64,000 bases of DNA. Origin: a bacterium (lineage in GTDB: Bacteria; UBA8248). The notes under the pieces were generated by a model, which searched no databases, was not told the DNA's origin, and saw only the letters and a list, made by a program, of their open reading frames with translations. The position numbers and the translations under genes were made by a program. Of this stretch, positions 29,232 to 37,836 are shown piece by piece. The stretch lies in assembly GCA_965261085.1 (NCBI GenBank), contig OZ253442.1:2208001-2272000 (forward strand), read 5' to 3'. The first letter of the stretch is position 1, and each line of letters begins with the position of its first letter.

Positions 29232-30644
29232 ATGTCGAGGCGCGAAGTGAAGTCTAAAAGTGCAAAAACCCGAAAACCCTGGGGCGGAAGATTCCAGGAA
29301 GGGACCGATGCGCGCGTGGAGGCTTTCACCGAGAGCGTTTCGTTCGACTACCGTCTGGCGCCGTATGACATCCTTGCTTCCGTCGCGCATGCGGAGATGC
29401 TGGGGGCGCAAGACATCATCACGAAAGCCGATGCCCGCGCAATCGTCTCTGGCCTCAAGGCTATTCTCCGGGAAGTGGAGGCGGACAAGTTCGAATTCCA
29501 GGCCGAGCTCGAAGATGTGCACATGAATGTCGAGGCGGCTCTGACGAAGCGAATCGGAGCCGTTGGCGGTCGATTGCATACCGCCCGGAGCCGAAACGAC
29601 CAGGTGGCCACGTCGCTCAGGCTGTGGCTCAGAAACCGGGTCGACGAGGTGCAAGAAGCGCTTTTGGCGCTGAGGCGCGCCTTGCTGGCGCAAGCGGAGT
29701 CGCACGTCGACACCGTGATGCCCGGCTACACGCACTTACAGCGCGCGCAGCCTGTTTCTTTGGCGCATCATTTGCTCGCATATTCCCAGATGTTGCGGCG
29801 CGACGGAGAGCGTTTTGGCGAAGTGCGCGCCCGGGTCAATGTTTTGCCGCTGGGCGCGGGCGCGCTTGCGGGCGCCAGCCACCCGATAGATAGAAAAAGT
29901 GTAGCGAAAAAGCTCGGGTTCACCTCCGTTGCAGAAAACAGCATGGACGCCGTGAGCGATCGGGATTTCGCCCTGGAGTTCACGGCGGCGGCCTCCATTT
30001 GCATGATGCACTTGAGCAGGTTGGGAGAGGAGGTCTGTCTTTGGGCGAGCGGGGAGTTCGGCTTTGTCGAGCTGGCGGATTCCTTCGCCACGGGCAGTTC
30101 CTTGATGCCCCAGAAAAAAAACCCCGACGTGGCCGAGATCGTCCGGGGCAAGAGTGGGCGCGTTTTTGGAGATTTCATCGCCTTGCTCACCTTGATGAAA
30201 GGGTTGCCGCTTACCTATAACCGCGATATGCAGGAGGACAAGGAATCCTTGTTCGATGCCGCAGATACGCTGTTGGCCTGTTTGGGAGTCATGGCGCCCA
30301 TGGTTGAATCCATGAAGTTTCAGCCGCAGGCAATGGCGCAAGCCGCCGAGGGTGGGTACATGACGGCGACGGATCTGGCGGATGCCATGGTGCGTCGCGG
30401 CATTCCCTTCAGGGAGGCGCACGAGGCGGCGGGGCGCGCCGTGAGAATCGCTATCGACAAGGGAGTGGCGCTCAAGGAGTTGAGCGCTAAGGACCTGAAG
30501 CAAGCCGACTCCCAACTCGATTTAGATGATTTGGAGGAAACGGATTTGAAGAAATCCTTGCGCTCGAGAAACAGTTTGGGCGGCGCTTCGAAGAGAAGCG
30601 TCAGGGCCCAGATACGGGCTGAAAAAAAACACTTGGGGATTTAG
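29232..30644 (+). CDS. argH: Argininosuccinate lyase
   Basis: WGGRF, EDVHMNVE, HTARSRNDQ, PGYTHLQRAQP, GSSLMPQKKNPD. Start moved to ATG 29232. Confidence 0.98.
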   Translation: MSRREVKSKSAKTRKPWGGRFQEGTDARVEAFTESVSFDYRLAPYDILASVAHAEMLGAQDIITKADARAIVSGLKAILREVEADKFEFQAELEDVHMNVEAALTKRIGAVGGRLHTARSRNDQVATSLRLWLRNRVDEVQEALLALRRALLAQAESHVDTVMPGYTHLQRAQPVSLAHHLLAYSQMLRRDGERFGEVRARVNVLPLGAGALAGASHPIDRKSVAKKLGFTSVAENSMDAVSDRDFALEFTAAASICMMHLSRLGEEVCLWASGEFGFVELADSFATGSSLMPQKKNPDVAEIVRGKSGRVFGDFIALLTLMKGLPLTYNRDMQEDKESLFDAADTLLACLGVMAPMVESMKFQPQAMAQAAEGGYMTATDLADAMVRRGIPFREAHEAAGRAVRIAIDKGVALKELSAKDLKQADSQLDLDDLEETDLKKSLRSRNSLGGASKRSVRAQIRAEKKHLGI

Positions 30645-30645
30645 G

Positions 30646-30765
30646 ATGATGAAGAGAATATTACTTGTAAGCATCCTGATGGTCGGGATAGCTTGCATGA
30701 CCACGGGTTGTGGGGTCAAAGGACCGCCAAAACCTCCCAAGAGTCCGGTTGCCAAGAGTTTGTGA
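30646..30765 (+). CDS. lptM: Small lipoprotein of the LptM/YifL/LppL family (39 aa)
   Basis: Not in the ORF track. MMKRILLVSILMVGIACMTTGCGVKGPPKPPKSPVAKSL has the C-G-x-K-G-P motif and lies just upstream of lysA-dapF. Confidence 0.75.
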   Translation: MMKRILLVSILMVGIACMTTGCGVKGPPKPPKSPVAKSL

Positions 30766-30807
30766 AAAACCTTGTGTCTCACGGAACTCGGAAAGAGAGC
30801 TTGAGGA

Positions 30808-32085
30808 ATGCACCATTTTGAGTACAAAGATGGGGAGTTGCACGCGGAAAACGTATCCCTGACGCGGCTGGCGGAGGAGGTGGGGACGCCTTTTTACGCT
30901 TACAGCCATGAGACGCTCTCGCGTCATTTCCGTGTGTTCGACGAAGCGTTCTCATCCGTTCCGCACCTCATCTGCTTCGCCATGAAAAGCAATTCGAACC
31001 TGGCGATACTCCGGCTGTTCGGCGCGATGGGCGGGGGGCTGGATATCGTTTCGGGAGGCGAATTGTTTCGTGCGGTCAAGGCCGGGATGCCGGCCGGGCG
31101 CATCGTGTTTGCGGGTGTCGGCAAATCGGACGATGAGATTGCCTATGCGCTCGAAAAGGGCGTGTTGTTGTTCAATGTGGAAAGCGAAGAGGAGTTGGTG
31201 AACATCGGTGCGGTGGCGAGCCGCATGGGCAAGCGGGCTCAAGTCGCGATTCGGGTGAATCCCGACGTCGATCCCCAGACCCATCCCTATATAGCCACCG
31301 GACTCAAGAAGAGTAAGTTCGGCATCGATATCAATCGGGCGAGAGAGCAGTACCAGACCGCCTCGAAGCTCGAGGGTATCGAACCCTCCGGCGTGCATTG
31401 CCATATCGGAAGCCAGATTACGTCGAGCACCCCGTTCGCCGATGCGGTCGGAATCGTGGTGCGGCTGGTGGGCGAGTTGCGGGGTGACGGGCACGCCATC
31501 CGGTACCTCAATTTGGGCGGCGGCCTCGGCATCACCTATCACGATGAGGCGCCGCCTCTGCCGAAAGACTATGCAGCCGCCATATTGCCGAAGCTGAAAG
31601 ATTTGGGGTGCACGTTGATTTTCGAACCTGGTCGCGTCATCACGGGCAATGCGGGTATTCTCGTCACGCGAGTGCTGTATGAGAAGAAAAATCCCGACAA
31701 GCGCTTCGTGATCATCGACGCGGGCATGAACGACCTCATCCGCCCCAGCCTTTATCAAGCCTACCAGGACGTGTGGCCCGTAGAGGAAGCGGTGCGGGGA
31801 AGAACGAAACATCTCACGGATCTGGTGGGCCCCATATGTGAAAGCGGGGACTATCTGGCCAAAGACCGCGATTTGCCGGAGCTTCACAGGGACGATTTGG
31901 TGGCAGTCATGAGTTCGGGCGCGTATGGCTTCACCATGGCGTCGAACTACAACTCGCGTCCCAGGCTCCCCGAGATTCTTGTGCGCGGGGATGAGTATCA
32001 TATAATCAGGGAGCGCGAGACGTATGACGACCTCATTCGCGGCGAGCATATACCGGCATTCATCGAAGAAAGGCGGATTCCTTGA
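30808..32085 (+). CDS. lysA: Diaminopimelate decarboxylase
   Basis: FAMKSN (PLP Lys), HCHIGSQ, EPGR, GPICESGD, YNSRPR. Confidence 0.97.
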   Translation: MHHFEYKDGELHAENVSLTRLAEEVGTPFYAYSHETLSRHFRVFDEAFSSVPHLICFAMKSNSNLAILRLFGAMGGGLDIVSGGELFRAVKAGMPAGRIVFAGVGKSDDEIAYALEKGVLLFNVESEEELVNIGAVASRMGKRAQVAIRVNPDVDPQTHPYIATGLKKSKFGIDINRAREQYQTASKLEGIEPSGVHCHIGSQITSSTPFADAVGIVVRLVGELRGDGHAIRYLNLGGGLGITYHDEAPPLPKDYAAAILPKLKDLGCTLIFEPGRVITGNAGILVTRVLYEKKNPDKRFVIIDAGMNDLIRPSLYQAYQDVWPVEEAVRGRTKHLTDLVGPICESGDYLAKDRDLPELHRDDLVAVMSSGAYGFTMASNYNSRPRLPEILVRGDEYHIIRERETYDDLIRGEHIPAFIEERRIP

Positions 32086-32906
32086 ATAAAATCGAATTCA
32101 CCAAGTTCAGCGGAAGCGGCAACGATTTTATATTCATCGACAACAGGAATCTGGAGCACCGGGCCGATGAGATGATCGATTTCGTCCAGAGAGTTTGCCG
32201 CAGGGGCCAGTCCGTGGGCGCGGACGGGCTGATGTTCATCGAACCGAGCGAACGGGCCGATTTCAAGTGGCGATTTTTCAACGCCGACGGTTCGGAGGGT
32301 GAAATGTGCGGGAACGGCGGGCGTTGCGCCGCGCGTTTTGCGAGAGAGTTGGGCATCGCCACGGATTCAGTGTCGTTCGAGACCATCGCGGGCGTCATCG
32401 ATGCGACGATGAGCGATTCGAGCGTAAAGCTGCGGATGACCCAGCCCTTTGATTATCGCGCAGGGATTCGGCTCGATATCAACGGAAGAGGAGTGCTGGT
32501 GGATCACATGAATACCGGCGTCCCCCATGCCGTGGAATTCATGGACGATGTCGAGGACGTCGATATCGTGGCCGATGGGCGGGCGATTCGGACCCATAGT
32601 GAGTTTGCTCCGGCGGGTGCGAATGCGAATTTCGCCCGGGTGAGCGGGGATAATTCCTTGGTTTTAAGAACGTATGAGAGAGGCGTGGAGAACGAAACCC
32701 TCGCCTGCGGCACGGGCGCCGTGGCCACGGCCGTACTCGCCGCCACGCGCGGGCTCGTAACCGCTCCTGTGGACGTGCAAGTGCGCAGCGGGGAGATTCT
32801 GAAAATCTATTTTGAGGGCGTTGGCGCGGAAGTTAGCGATGTCTATATGGAAGGGGAGACCAGGCTCGTTTACCAGGGGGAGATGACGGAAGAAGCCTTA
32901 CTTTGA
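32082..32906 (+). CDS. dapF: Diaminopimelate epimerase
   Basis: GSGNDF, NADGS..EMCGNG, TGVPH, ERGVE.ETLACGTG. Confidence 0.97.
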   Translation: MNKIEFTKFSGSGNDFIFIDNRNLEHRADEMIDFVQRVCRRGQSVGADGLMFIEPSERADFKWRFFNADGSEGEMCGNGGRCAARFARELGIATDSVSFETIAGVIDATMSDSSVKLRMTQPFDYRAGIRLDINGRGVLVDHMNTGVPHAVEFMDDVEDVDIVADGRAIRTHSEFAPAGANANFARVSGDNSLVLRTYERGVENETLACGTGAVATAVLAATRGLVTAPVDVQVRSGEILKIYFEGVGAEVSDVYMEGETRLVYQGEMTEEALL

Positions 32907-32986
32907 TGAATCAAAAACGATGAGCCGGAGAATTTGAATTCCTGTCCGGCTTTTGGTGTGAATGGATTTGAGCAGAACCGTCAGTA

Positions 32987-33136
32987 TCACTCGGATGTGA
33001 GCGCGCTCGGGAAATCATCCAGCCAGAGTTCTCTCAGAAGAATGCACACCATCCCCGAAGCCATGATGATGGCGCTTATCAGTGCGAAATCGAGCAAATC
33101 GTAACCGGCGTATATCTCATACATCAAAATCCACAT
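32987..33136 (-). CDS. Small hydrophobic hypothetical protein (49 aa)
   Basis: GGAG RBS before ATG 33136; one TM-like segment; last ORF of the ECF cassette. Confidence 0.4.
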   Translation of the reverse strand: MWILMYEIYAGYDLLDFALISAIIMASGMVCILLRELWLDDFPSALTSE

Positions 33137-33212
33137 GGTCCGCTCCAAACAAGACGCCCCGGGCGCCTGCGGCACGGCTCTTCAGGCCATGCCGCAGGTG
33201 AGGCGGAGATAC

Positions 33213-33836
33213 TTAATAAGTCTGAGACTGGTTCCCGGAGCCTTGGCCTTTGTGCATCTGCTCATGGAACCTGTGGCCTCGGCCCGGGCGCTTCCGGGCG
33301 ATTTTCGATAGCTGCTTCTGCTGCTCGGCGTTCAGGACGGATTTCCCCTCCTGAATCGCCTTGAGGCGCGCGATCCTCAAATCCACCCGCATGTTCGAAA
33401 CCTCGCGTATTTTCTTCTCCACGTCGGTGAGGTCGATTTTCTCGGTATCGAGCGCACGTTTGAGGTCGATTCTGCGGGTCTTCATTTCAGCGCGTTCTTT
33501 CACCGACTTTTTGGAAAACGCGTCCCTGATGTCCTTGAGGCGTTTGATTTGATCGTCGGTGAGCTTGAGCTCTTCGTGACTCCTCAGCGCGATGGAAACC
33601 AGAGGGCGCGCCGAGAAGGGCCGCGGGCCGCGCATTCCGCGATGCCCCCGGTGGCGGGGTCCCAAGAAATGTGTCTCTTCCATCATTTTTTCGATGAATT
33701 GCGGGAAATTCTTCATGTGGTGCGGGGGGATGGGGGCGGGAGGGGGAGATTGGGCCCAGGCCGCGCCTGCGAGACCGAGGCTCAATACGGCGGCGATGAC
33801 GGCTGTCGACAAGGTGCGGCGTTTTTGACGTTTCAT
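33213..33836 (-). CDS. Spy/CpxP-family periplasmic protein
   Basis: Signal peptide (AWA), ELKLTDDQ and VLNAEQ (LTxxQ motifs), His/Met-rich N-region; GGAGG RBS. Confidence 0.82.
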   Translation of the reverse strand: MKRQKRRTLSTAVIAAVLSLGLAGAAWAQSPPPAPIPPHHMKNFPQFIEKMMEETHFLGPRHRGHRGMRGPRPFSARPLVSIALRSHEELKLTDDQIKRLKDIRDAFSKKSVKERAEMKTRRIDLKRALDTEKIDLTDVEKKIREVSNMRVDLRIARLKAIQEGKSVLNAEQQKQLSKIARKRPGRGHRFHEQMHKGQGSGNQSQTY

Positions 33837-33904
33837 GTTCAAATTCCTCCGGTGTGGCGTTTGTGTTTCACTTCGGCGGCATTGCATCTACTTACAAGGA
33901 CTCA

Positions 33905-34378
33905 CTACTTCTTCGACTGACCGGCCGGGTCGCCTGGGTGGTGCTTTTTGGATCTCCTCCATCTCCGTTTGCGTCTTTCTTCGTATTTTTCGACCATTTT
34001 GTCAAAAGATGTTTTTTGTTCGTTATCCAGGAAAGAGCGCACGTCCTTGCGTATTTCCTGCATGATGGAATTGATCTGGGGGCTCATTCGGCTTCTGATG
34101 TCGCGTATACGCTCATAATGGCGCTGGAGCGCGCGGTCTACGTTAGCTCGTTGCGCGGAGTTCAGATTCAAGTCCCGCTCCAGCCGGCGCATGAAGCGTT
34201 TTCCACCTCTGGCGCGGCGAGAACGGACTTCGCGCGCCCCGAAGGTTTTCCCTTCTTTTAGAAACTTGTATTCCGCGTATTGGCGTCCACCGAGGTAGCC
34301 GATGCCGGCGCCCGCCACGAGCACGACCAAAAGCACGGCCGATGCCTTCATGAACTCTTTTGTGAACCAGGTTTTCAT
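33905..34378 (-). CDS. Membrane-anchored periplasmic LTxxQ-type helical protein (heavy-metal-sensor/Spy-like)
   Basis: N-terminal TM; DLNLNSAQ and FLDNEQ motifs. Confidence 0.65.
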   Translation of the reverse strand: MKTWFTKEFMKASAVLLVVLVAGAGIGYLGGRQYAEYKFLKEGKTFGAREVRSRRARGGKRFMRRLERDLNLNSAQRANVDRALQRHYERIRDIRSRMSPQINSIMQEIRKDVRSFLDNEQKTSFDKMVEKYEERRKRRWRRSKKHHPGDPAGQSKK

Positions 34379-34397
34379 CGTATTTGTCTCAAGAAGC

Positions 34398-34853
34398 CTA
34401 ACGCTCTTGTGAGCCGTAGGCGACGTATTGAAGCAACTCTCGGCCCGTTTGCGCTTCGAGTCCGTTGCCAATCATCAGGATGGGGTTCAGGGGATTCCGG
34501 TCATAATTGACTGCCAGATTCGCCTGGGTCTCTAAAATGCGCATCTGCCTCTCGGCGCCCTGGCTCCAGAACAGGCTCGCAACGATTAGCAAGACTCCCA
34601 AAGCCGCCACGGCGAGTCTCGGCCCCGTTGAAGCCAGTGTCGTGATGAAAGACAGAGGCTGGAGCGCTTGTGTTTCATGGGCGCTGAGCTGGGGGCGCAA
34701 CTTCTCCCAGAGTTTCTCATCGGGCGCGGGCGCATCCTCGCGCGCGGCCTGGAACAAGGCTTGAATCTCGGTGACCGTTTCGTTTTCTGGCCGGGGAGCA
34801 TCCCAACTCTGGGCATTTTGATGGCTCTCGAAGAGGTCTTTCCACCAGCTCAT
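34398..34853 (-). CDS. Putative single-TM anti-sigma factor
   Basis: Overlaps the ECF sigma stop (ATGA); central TM segment. Confidence 0.6.
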   Translation of the reverse strand: MSWWKDLFESHQNAQSWDAPRPENETVTEIQALFQAAREDAPAPDEKLWEKLRPQLSAHETQALQPLSFITTLASTGPRLAVAALGVLLIVASLFWSQGAERQMRILETQANLAVNYDRNPLNPILMIGNGLEAQTGRELLQYVAYGSQER

Positions 34854-35485
34854 GACATCTCCTCCCGGGCATTTTCCGCCACCCGCAGAATTCCCGCGCG
34901 CGCCCGGTTGAGCCTTGAGCGCACCGTGCCGGGTCTGATCTGTAGCACTTCACCTATCTCATCGTAACTCATTCCCTCGAGCTCGCGCATCACCAGTATC
35001 CGGCGATGTTTCTCCGGCAATTGCGACAAGAGTTTTTGAAGCTCACTGCTCGCTCGTTTTTCCTGCATTCGCCGCAGTTCGTCCTGGTGTTCTGCGTCTT
35101 CTGGTGCGATGACATCGGCGATTTTCTCTTCGTCAAGCTCTGTCGGCAACGGCGCGCCGCGCTTCAGGTAGTCTCGGCAATGGTTGACCGCAATACGGTA
35201 GACCCAGGTGGAAAACCTGGCGTCAGCTCTGAATTTGGGCAACGCGATATACGCTTTCAGGAATACCTCCTGAACGATGTCGTCGGTGTCTTCTCTGCGC
35301 TCACCCAACATTCCCCACACGAGGCGCTGGATTTTTCCGGCATTTTGACGAACCAGGGGTTCAAAGGCGTCTTTGTCGCCGTTTTGGCAGCGTTTGATCC
35401 AGGCGGACTCTTCGTGTTCTTCGTGCGGGGCTTCCAAAAGTCCAAATCCCCATGCCGGTATTGCGAGAGAGAACATCTTCGTCAC
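34850..35485 (-). CDS. ECF RNA polymerase sigma factor
   Basis: DDIVQEVFLKAY, FSTWVYRIAVN, GMSYDEI...GTVRSRLNRAR. Confidence 0.93.
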   Translation of the reverse strand: MTKMFSLAIPAWGFGLLEAPHEEHEESAWIKRCQNGDKDAFEPLVRQNAGKIQRLVWGMLGERREDTDDIVQEVFLKAYIALPKFRADARFSTWVYRIAVNHCRDYLKRGAPLPTELDEEKIADVIAPEDAEHQDELRRMQEKRASSELQKLLSQLPEKHRRILVMRELEGMSYDEIGEVLQIRPGTVRSRLNRARAGILRVAENAREEMS

Positions 35486-35539
35486 CTTATAGTATCAAAT
35501 AAGCTGCCCAGGAATAGGTGTTTTCACGTTTCCTCTTCC

Positions 35540-35567
35540 TACACCCGTTATGACGCAAGCAGGTTCC
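35540..35567 (-). promoter_or_regulatory. Candidate ECF autoregulatory promoter
   Basis: GGAACC-N17-GTGTA upstream of the ECF gene. Confidence 0.25.
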
Positions 35568-35646
35568 CACTTCGAGACAAAACACGTATGATGTGCTTTA
35601 CAATCAATGACTTGTTGATTATTCATTACCAGGGAAGGGGGATCCC

Positions 35647-36444
35647 GTGTCGATACGAATCGTTGTGGCCGGAGCCGGCGGAAGGATGGGGGGCCGCATC
35701 ATCCACCAAATTGTCACATCGAGTGATCTTTCCCTCTCGGGCGCGCTCGAACGCGATGGATTCGAGGGATTGGGGGAGGATGCGGGCGGGCACGCAGGCT
35801 GTGGGGAGTTGGGCGTCGGTCTTACTTCTGATTCATCCTCGTTGAGCGGCGACGTGCTGGTCTCCTTTGCGATTCCGGAGGCGAGCGTCGCCCACGTGCG
35901 CCTGGCGGCCGAGAAGGGGATGGCGGCCGTCGTCGGCACCACCGGTTTCAGCGATGCGCAGCGCGAGGAAATCGCGGGCCTCGGCGAGAAAATCGCCTGC
36001 GTCGTCGCGCCGAATATGAGCGTGGGGGTGAACGTCACCTTTCGGCTGATAGAAGAGGCGGCCCGGCTCCTCGGCGATGCTTACGACGTCGAGGTGATGG
36101 AAGTCCATCATAACCAGAAGGTGGATGCTCCCTCGGGAACGGCGGTGCGCATGGGTGAGATTCTTAGCCGTGTGATGGGTAAACAATATCCCAAGGACGC
36201 GGTTTTTCACCGCGAAGGCCAGACCGGAAAACGCCCCGAGGGCGTCATCGGCATGCAGACGCTGCGCGGCGGCGATGTTCCGGGTGAGCACACGGCCTAT
36301 TTCTTCGGCATGGGCGAGCGGGTGGAAATCACGCACAGGGCGGGCAGCCGGGATAATTTCGCGGCCGGCGCGATTCGCGCAGTCCGGTGGGTGGCCGATA
36401 AGGCCCCCGGCGTTTACGGCATGGCGGAAGTATTGGGCCTTTAA
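35647..36444 (+). CDS. dapB: 4-hydroxy-tetrahydrodipicolinate reductase
   Basis: GAGGRMG, VGTTG, APNMS.GVN, E.HH..K.DAPSGTA. Confidence 0.97.
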   Translation: MSIRIVVAGAGGRMGGRIIHQIVTSSDLSLSGALERDGFEGLGEDAGGHAGCGELGVGLTSDSSSLSGDVLVSFAIPEASVAHVRLAAEKGMAAVVGTTGFSDAQREEIAGLGEKIACVVAPNMSVGVNVTFRLIEEAARLLGDAYDVEVMEVHHNQKVDAPSGTAVRMGEILSRVMGKQYPKDAVFHREGQTGKRPEGVIGMQTLRGGDVPGEHTAYFFGMGERVEITHRAGSRDNFAAGAIRAVRWVADKAPGVYGMAEVLGL

Positions 36445-36497
36445 GAAAATTTATTACCTGTATCTTATACGTCAAAAAACTCGTGAGGAGATGACTG

Positions 36498-37019
36498 ATG
36501 GCTCAAGAAATCAAGGCGGCCGGCGTCGAATACTTGAAGGCTGCGGACGGGAGAACATTGGCGCTGGTCATCAGAAATCATTTTGACGATTATGCGGCTT
36601 TTCCCCCTTACCTGGATTCAGAGGAAGAGCGCGCCCATCTGGCGGAAGCCTACTCGGGCGCCGACCCGGAAACGGAGAGAAGAACAAAGGCGCACATGAC
36701 GCCGGACGAAAACCCGCTTCAAATCGTCATGCTGAACAGAAACCCGGGGTCCGTGGTGAACCCGCACTATCATGAAGTCACGGAGCGTCCCACCAACACG
36801 ACGCGCCAGCAGATCATGATATGCCGCTCAGGCCGTATGCGAGTCGGGGTGTACGCCAAAGAAGGCGACCATGCGGGTGATGTGGATTTAGCGCCCGGCG
36901 ATTTGATTCTCATGTATGAGGGGCACCGCATCGAGTTCCTCGAAGCGGGAACGAAGGCCATTGAGATCAAGGAAGGCCCCTTCCCGGAAACCGATGAGGC
37001 GGACAAGGTCGATTTTTAG
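36498..37019 (+). CDS. Cupin-fold hypothetical protein
   Basis: PHYH...Q and GD.IL...GH...EIKEGP cupin-like motifs; GAGGAG RBS. Confidence 0.6.
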   Translation: MAQEIKAAGVEYLKAADGRTLALVIRNHFDDYAAFPPYLDSEEERAHLAEAYSGADPETERRTKAHMTPDENPLQIVMLNRNPGSVVNPHYHEVTERPTNTTRQQIMICRSGRMRVGVYAKEGDHAGDVDLAPGDLILMYEGHRIEFLEAGTKAIEIKEGPFPETDEADKVDF

Positions 37020-37081
37020 GGGAATTATATACATGACTCGGCAGTGGGATTCCGGGCTCTGAATTCGAAAAGGAGCGACGT

Positions 37082-37689
37082 AATCACTCCCCCCTGGAGG
37101 GTTATCGGCAACTGATAAAAGAGGAAGAACCACTCCCCCCTTGAGGGGCAAGCCCGATTGAAGAATGAGGGATTGTCAGTGAGCTAAGGGCGCAAGCCCG
37201 CAAGCGAACTGGTGGGGGGTAAATCGCGACCGGGGAGGGAGTGATTGCAGACCTACGACGAGGAAGATATCGGAACGCAATTCCTCGCTCCTCGGGGTTG
37301 TTGAAAAAGCCCTGATTTCGTGATTTGGCGTATGTTGTCAACCGACGAGAGGGGGGGGCCGTGGACAGGTCGCGACCTGTCCTTACGAGGCGGTGCGGCT
37401 TTGTTCGTCATTCCGGCGCATGCTGGTGGCAACCGCGAGGTTGGCCATGTGTTTTGCTTTTTTTTTATTTTCTGATTGATTCCAGCCAATGACGAGGAGA
37501 TGAAAAGCCGGAGTATTGCCATTCCGCTCGGCACTGGATTCCGGCTTTCGCCGGAATGACGGCAGTGGTCAATTCTTAGCGGGGCGGACTTTTTCAACAA
37601 CCCCTCCTCGCTCGGAATTGACCCCCCACGCATCAGCCATCGCAAAAGGCGCTCGGCTTCTGCGACTCCCCCTCAAGGGGGGAGTGAGA
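37082..37689. repeat. Cluster of nested palindromic repeats between convergent genes
   Basis: CACTCCCCCCTTGAGGGG hairpin units (37131-37148; reverse copy about 37665-37688), GGACAGGTCGCGACCTGTCC palindrome (37363-37382), CGTCATTCCGGCG/CGCCGGAATGACG arms (37406-37418/37549-37561). Confidence 0.75.
37294..37604. mobile_element. MITE (311 bp) with IS1182-type TIRs
   Basis: GGGGTTGTTGAAAAAG ... CTTTTTCAACAACCCC; perfect TSD TCCTC (37289-37293, 37605-37609); first 42 nt match 27039-27080 at 35 positions. Confidence 0.85.
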
Positions 37690-37836
37690 AAAACCCAGAC
37701 AGATAGGAGTGGTTTTGGAGAGGGAATCATGAATTTAACTGGTAGGTTCTTTATGAATTGAGCAGCAAGAAGAAGTCGTTAGTTCAAGTATATAATTCCC
37801 TTTTAATATCTTTGCGCCGTGAGGCTTGGTCCTGAA

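Noticed and set aside
30952-32049. Long antisense ORFs (365 aa here; also 57222-58196, 59170-60111, 37933-38862 and others)
   Set aside because: They are shadows of well-supported genes on the opposite strand, expected with GC-rich codon bias, and carry no motifs.
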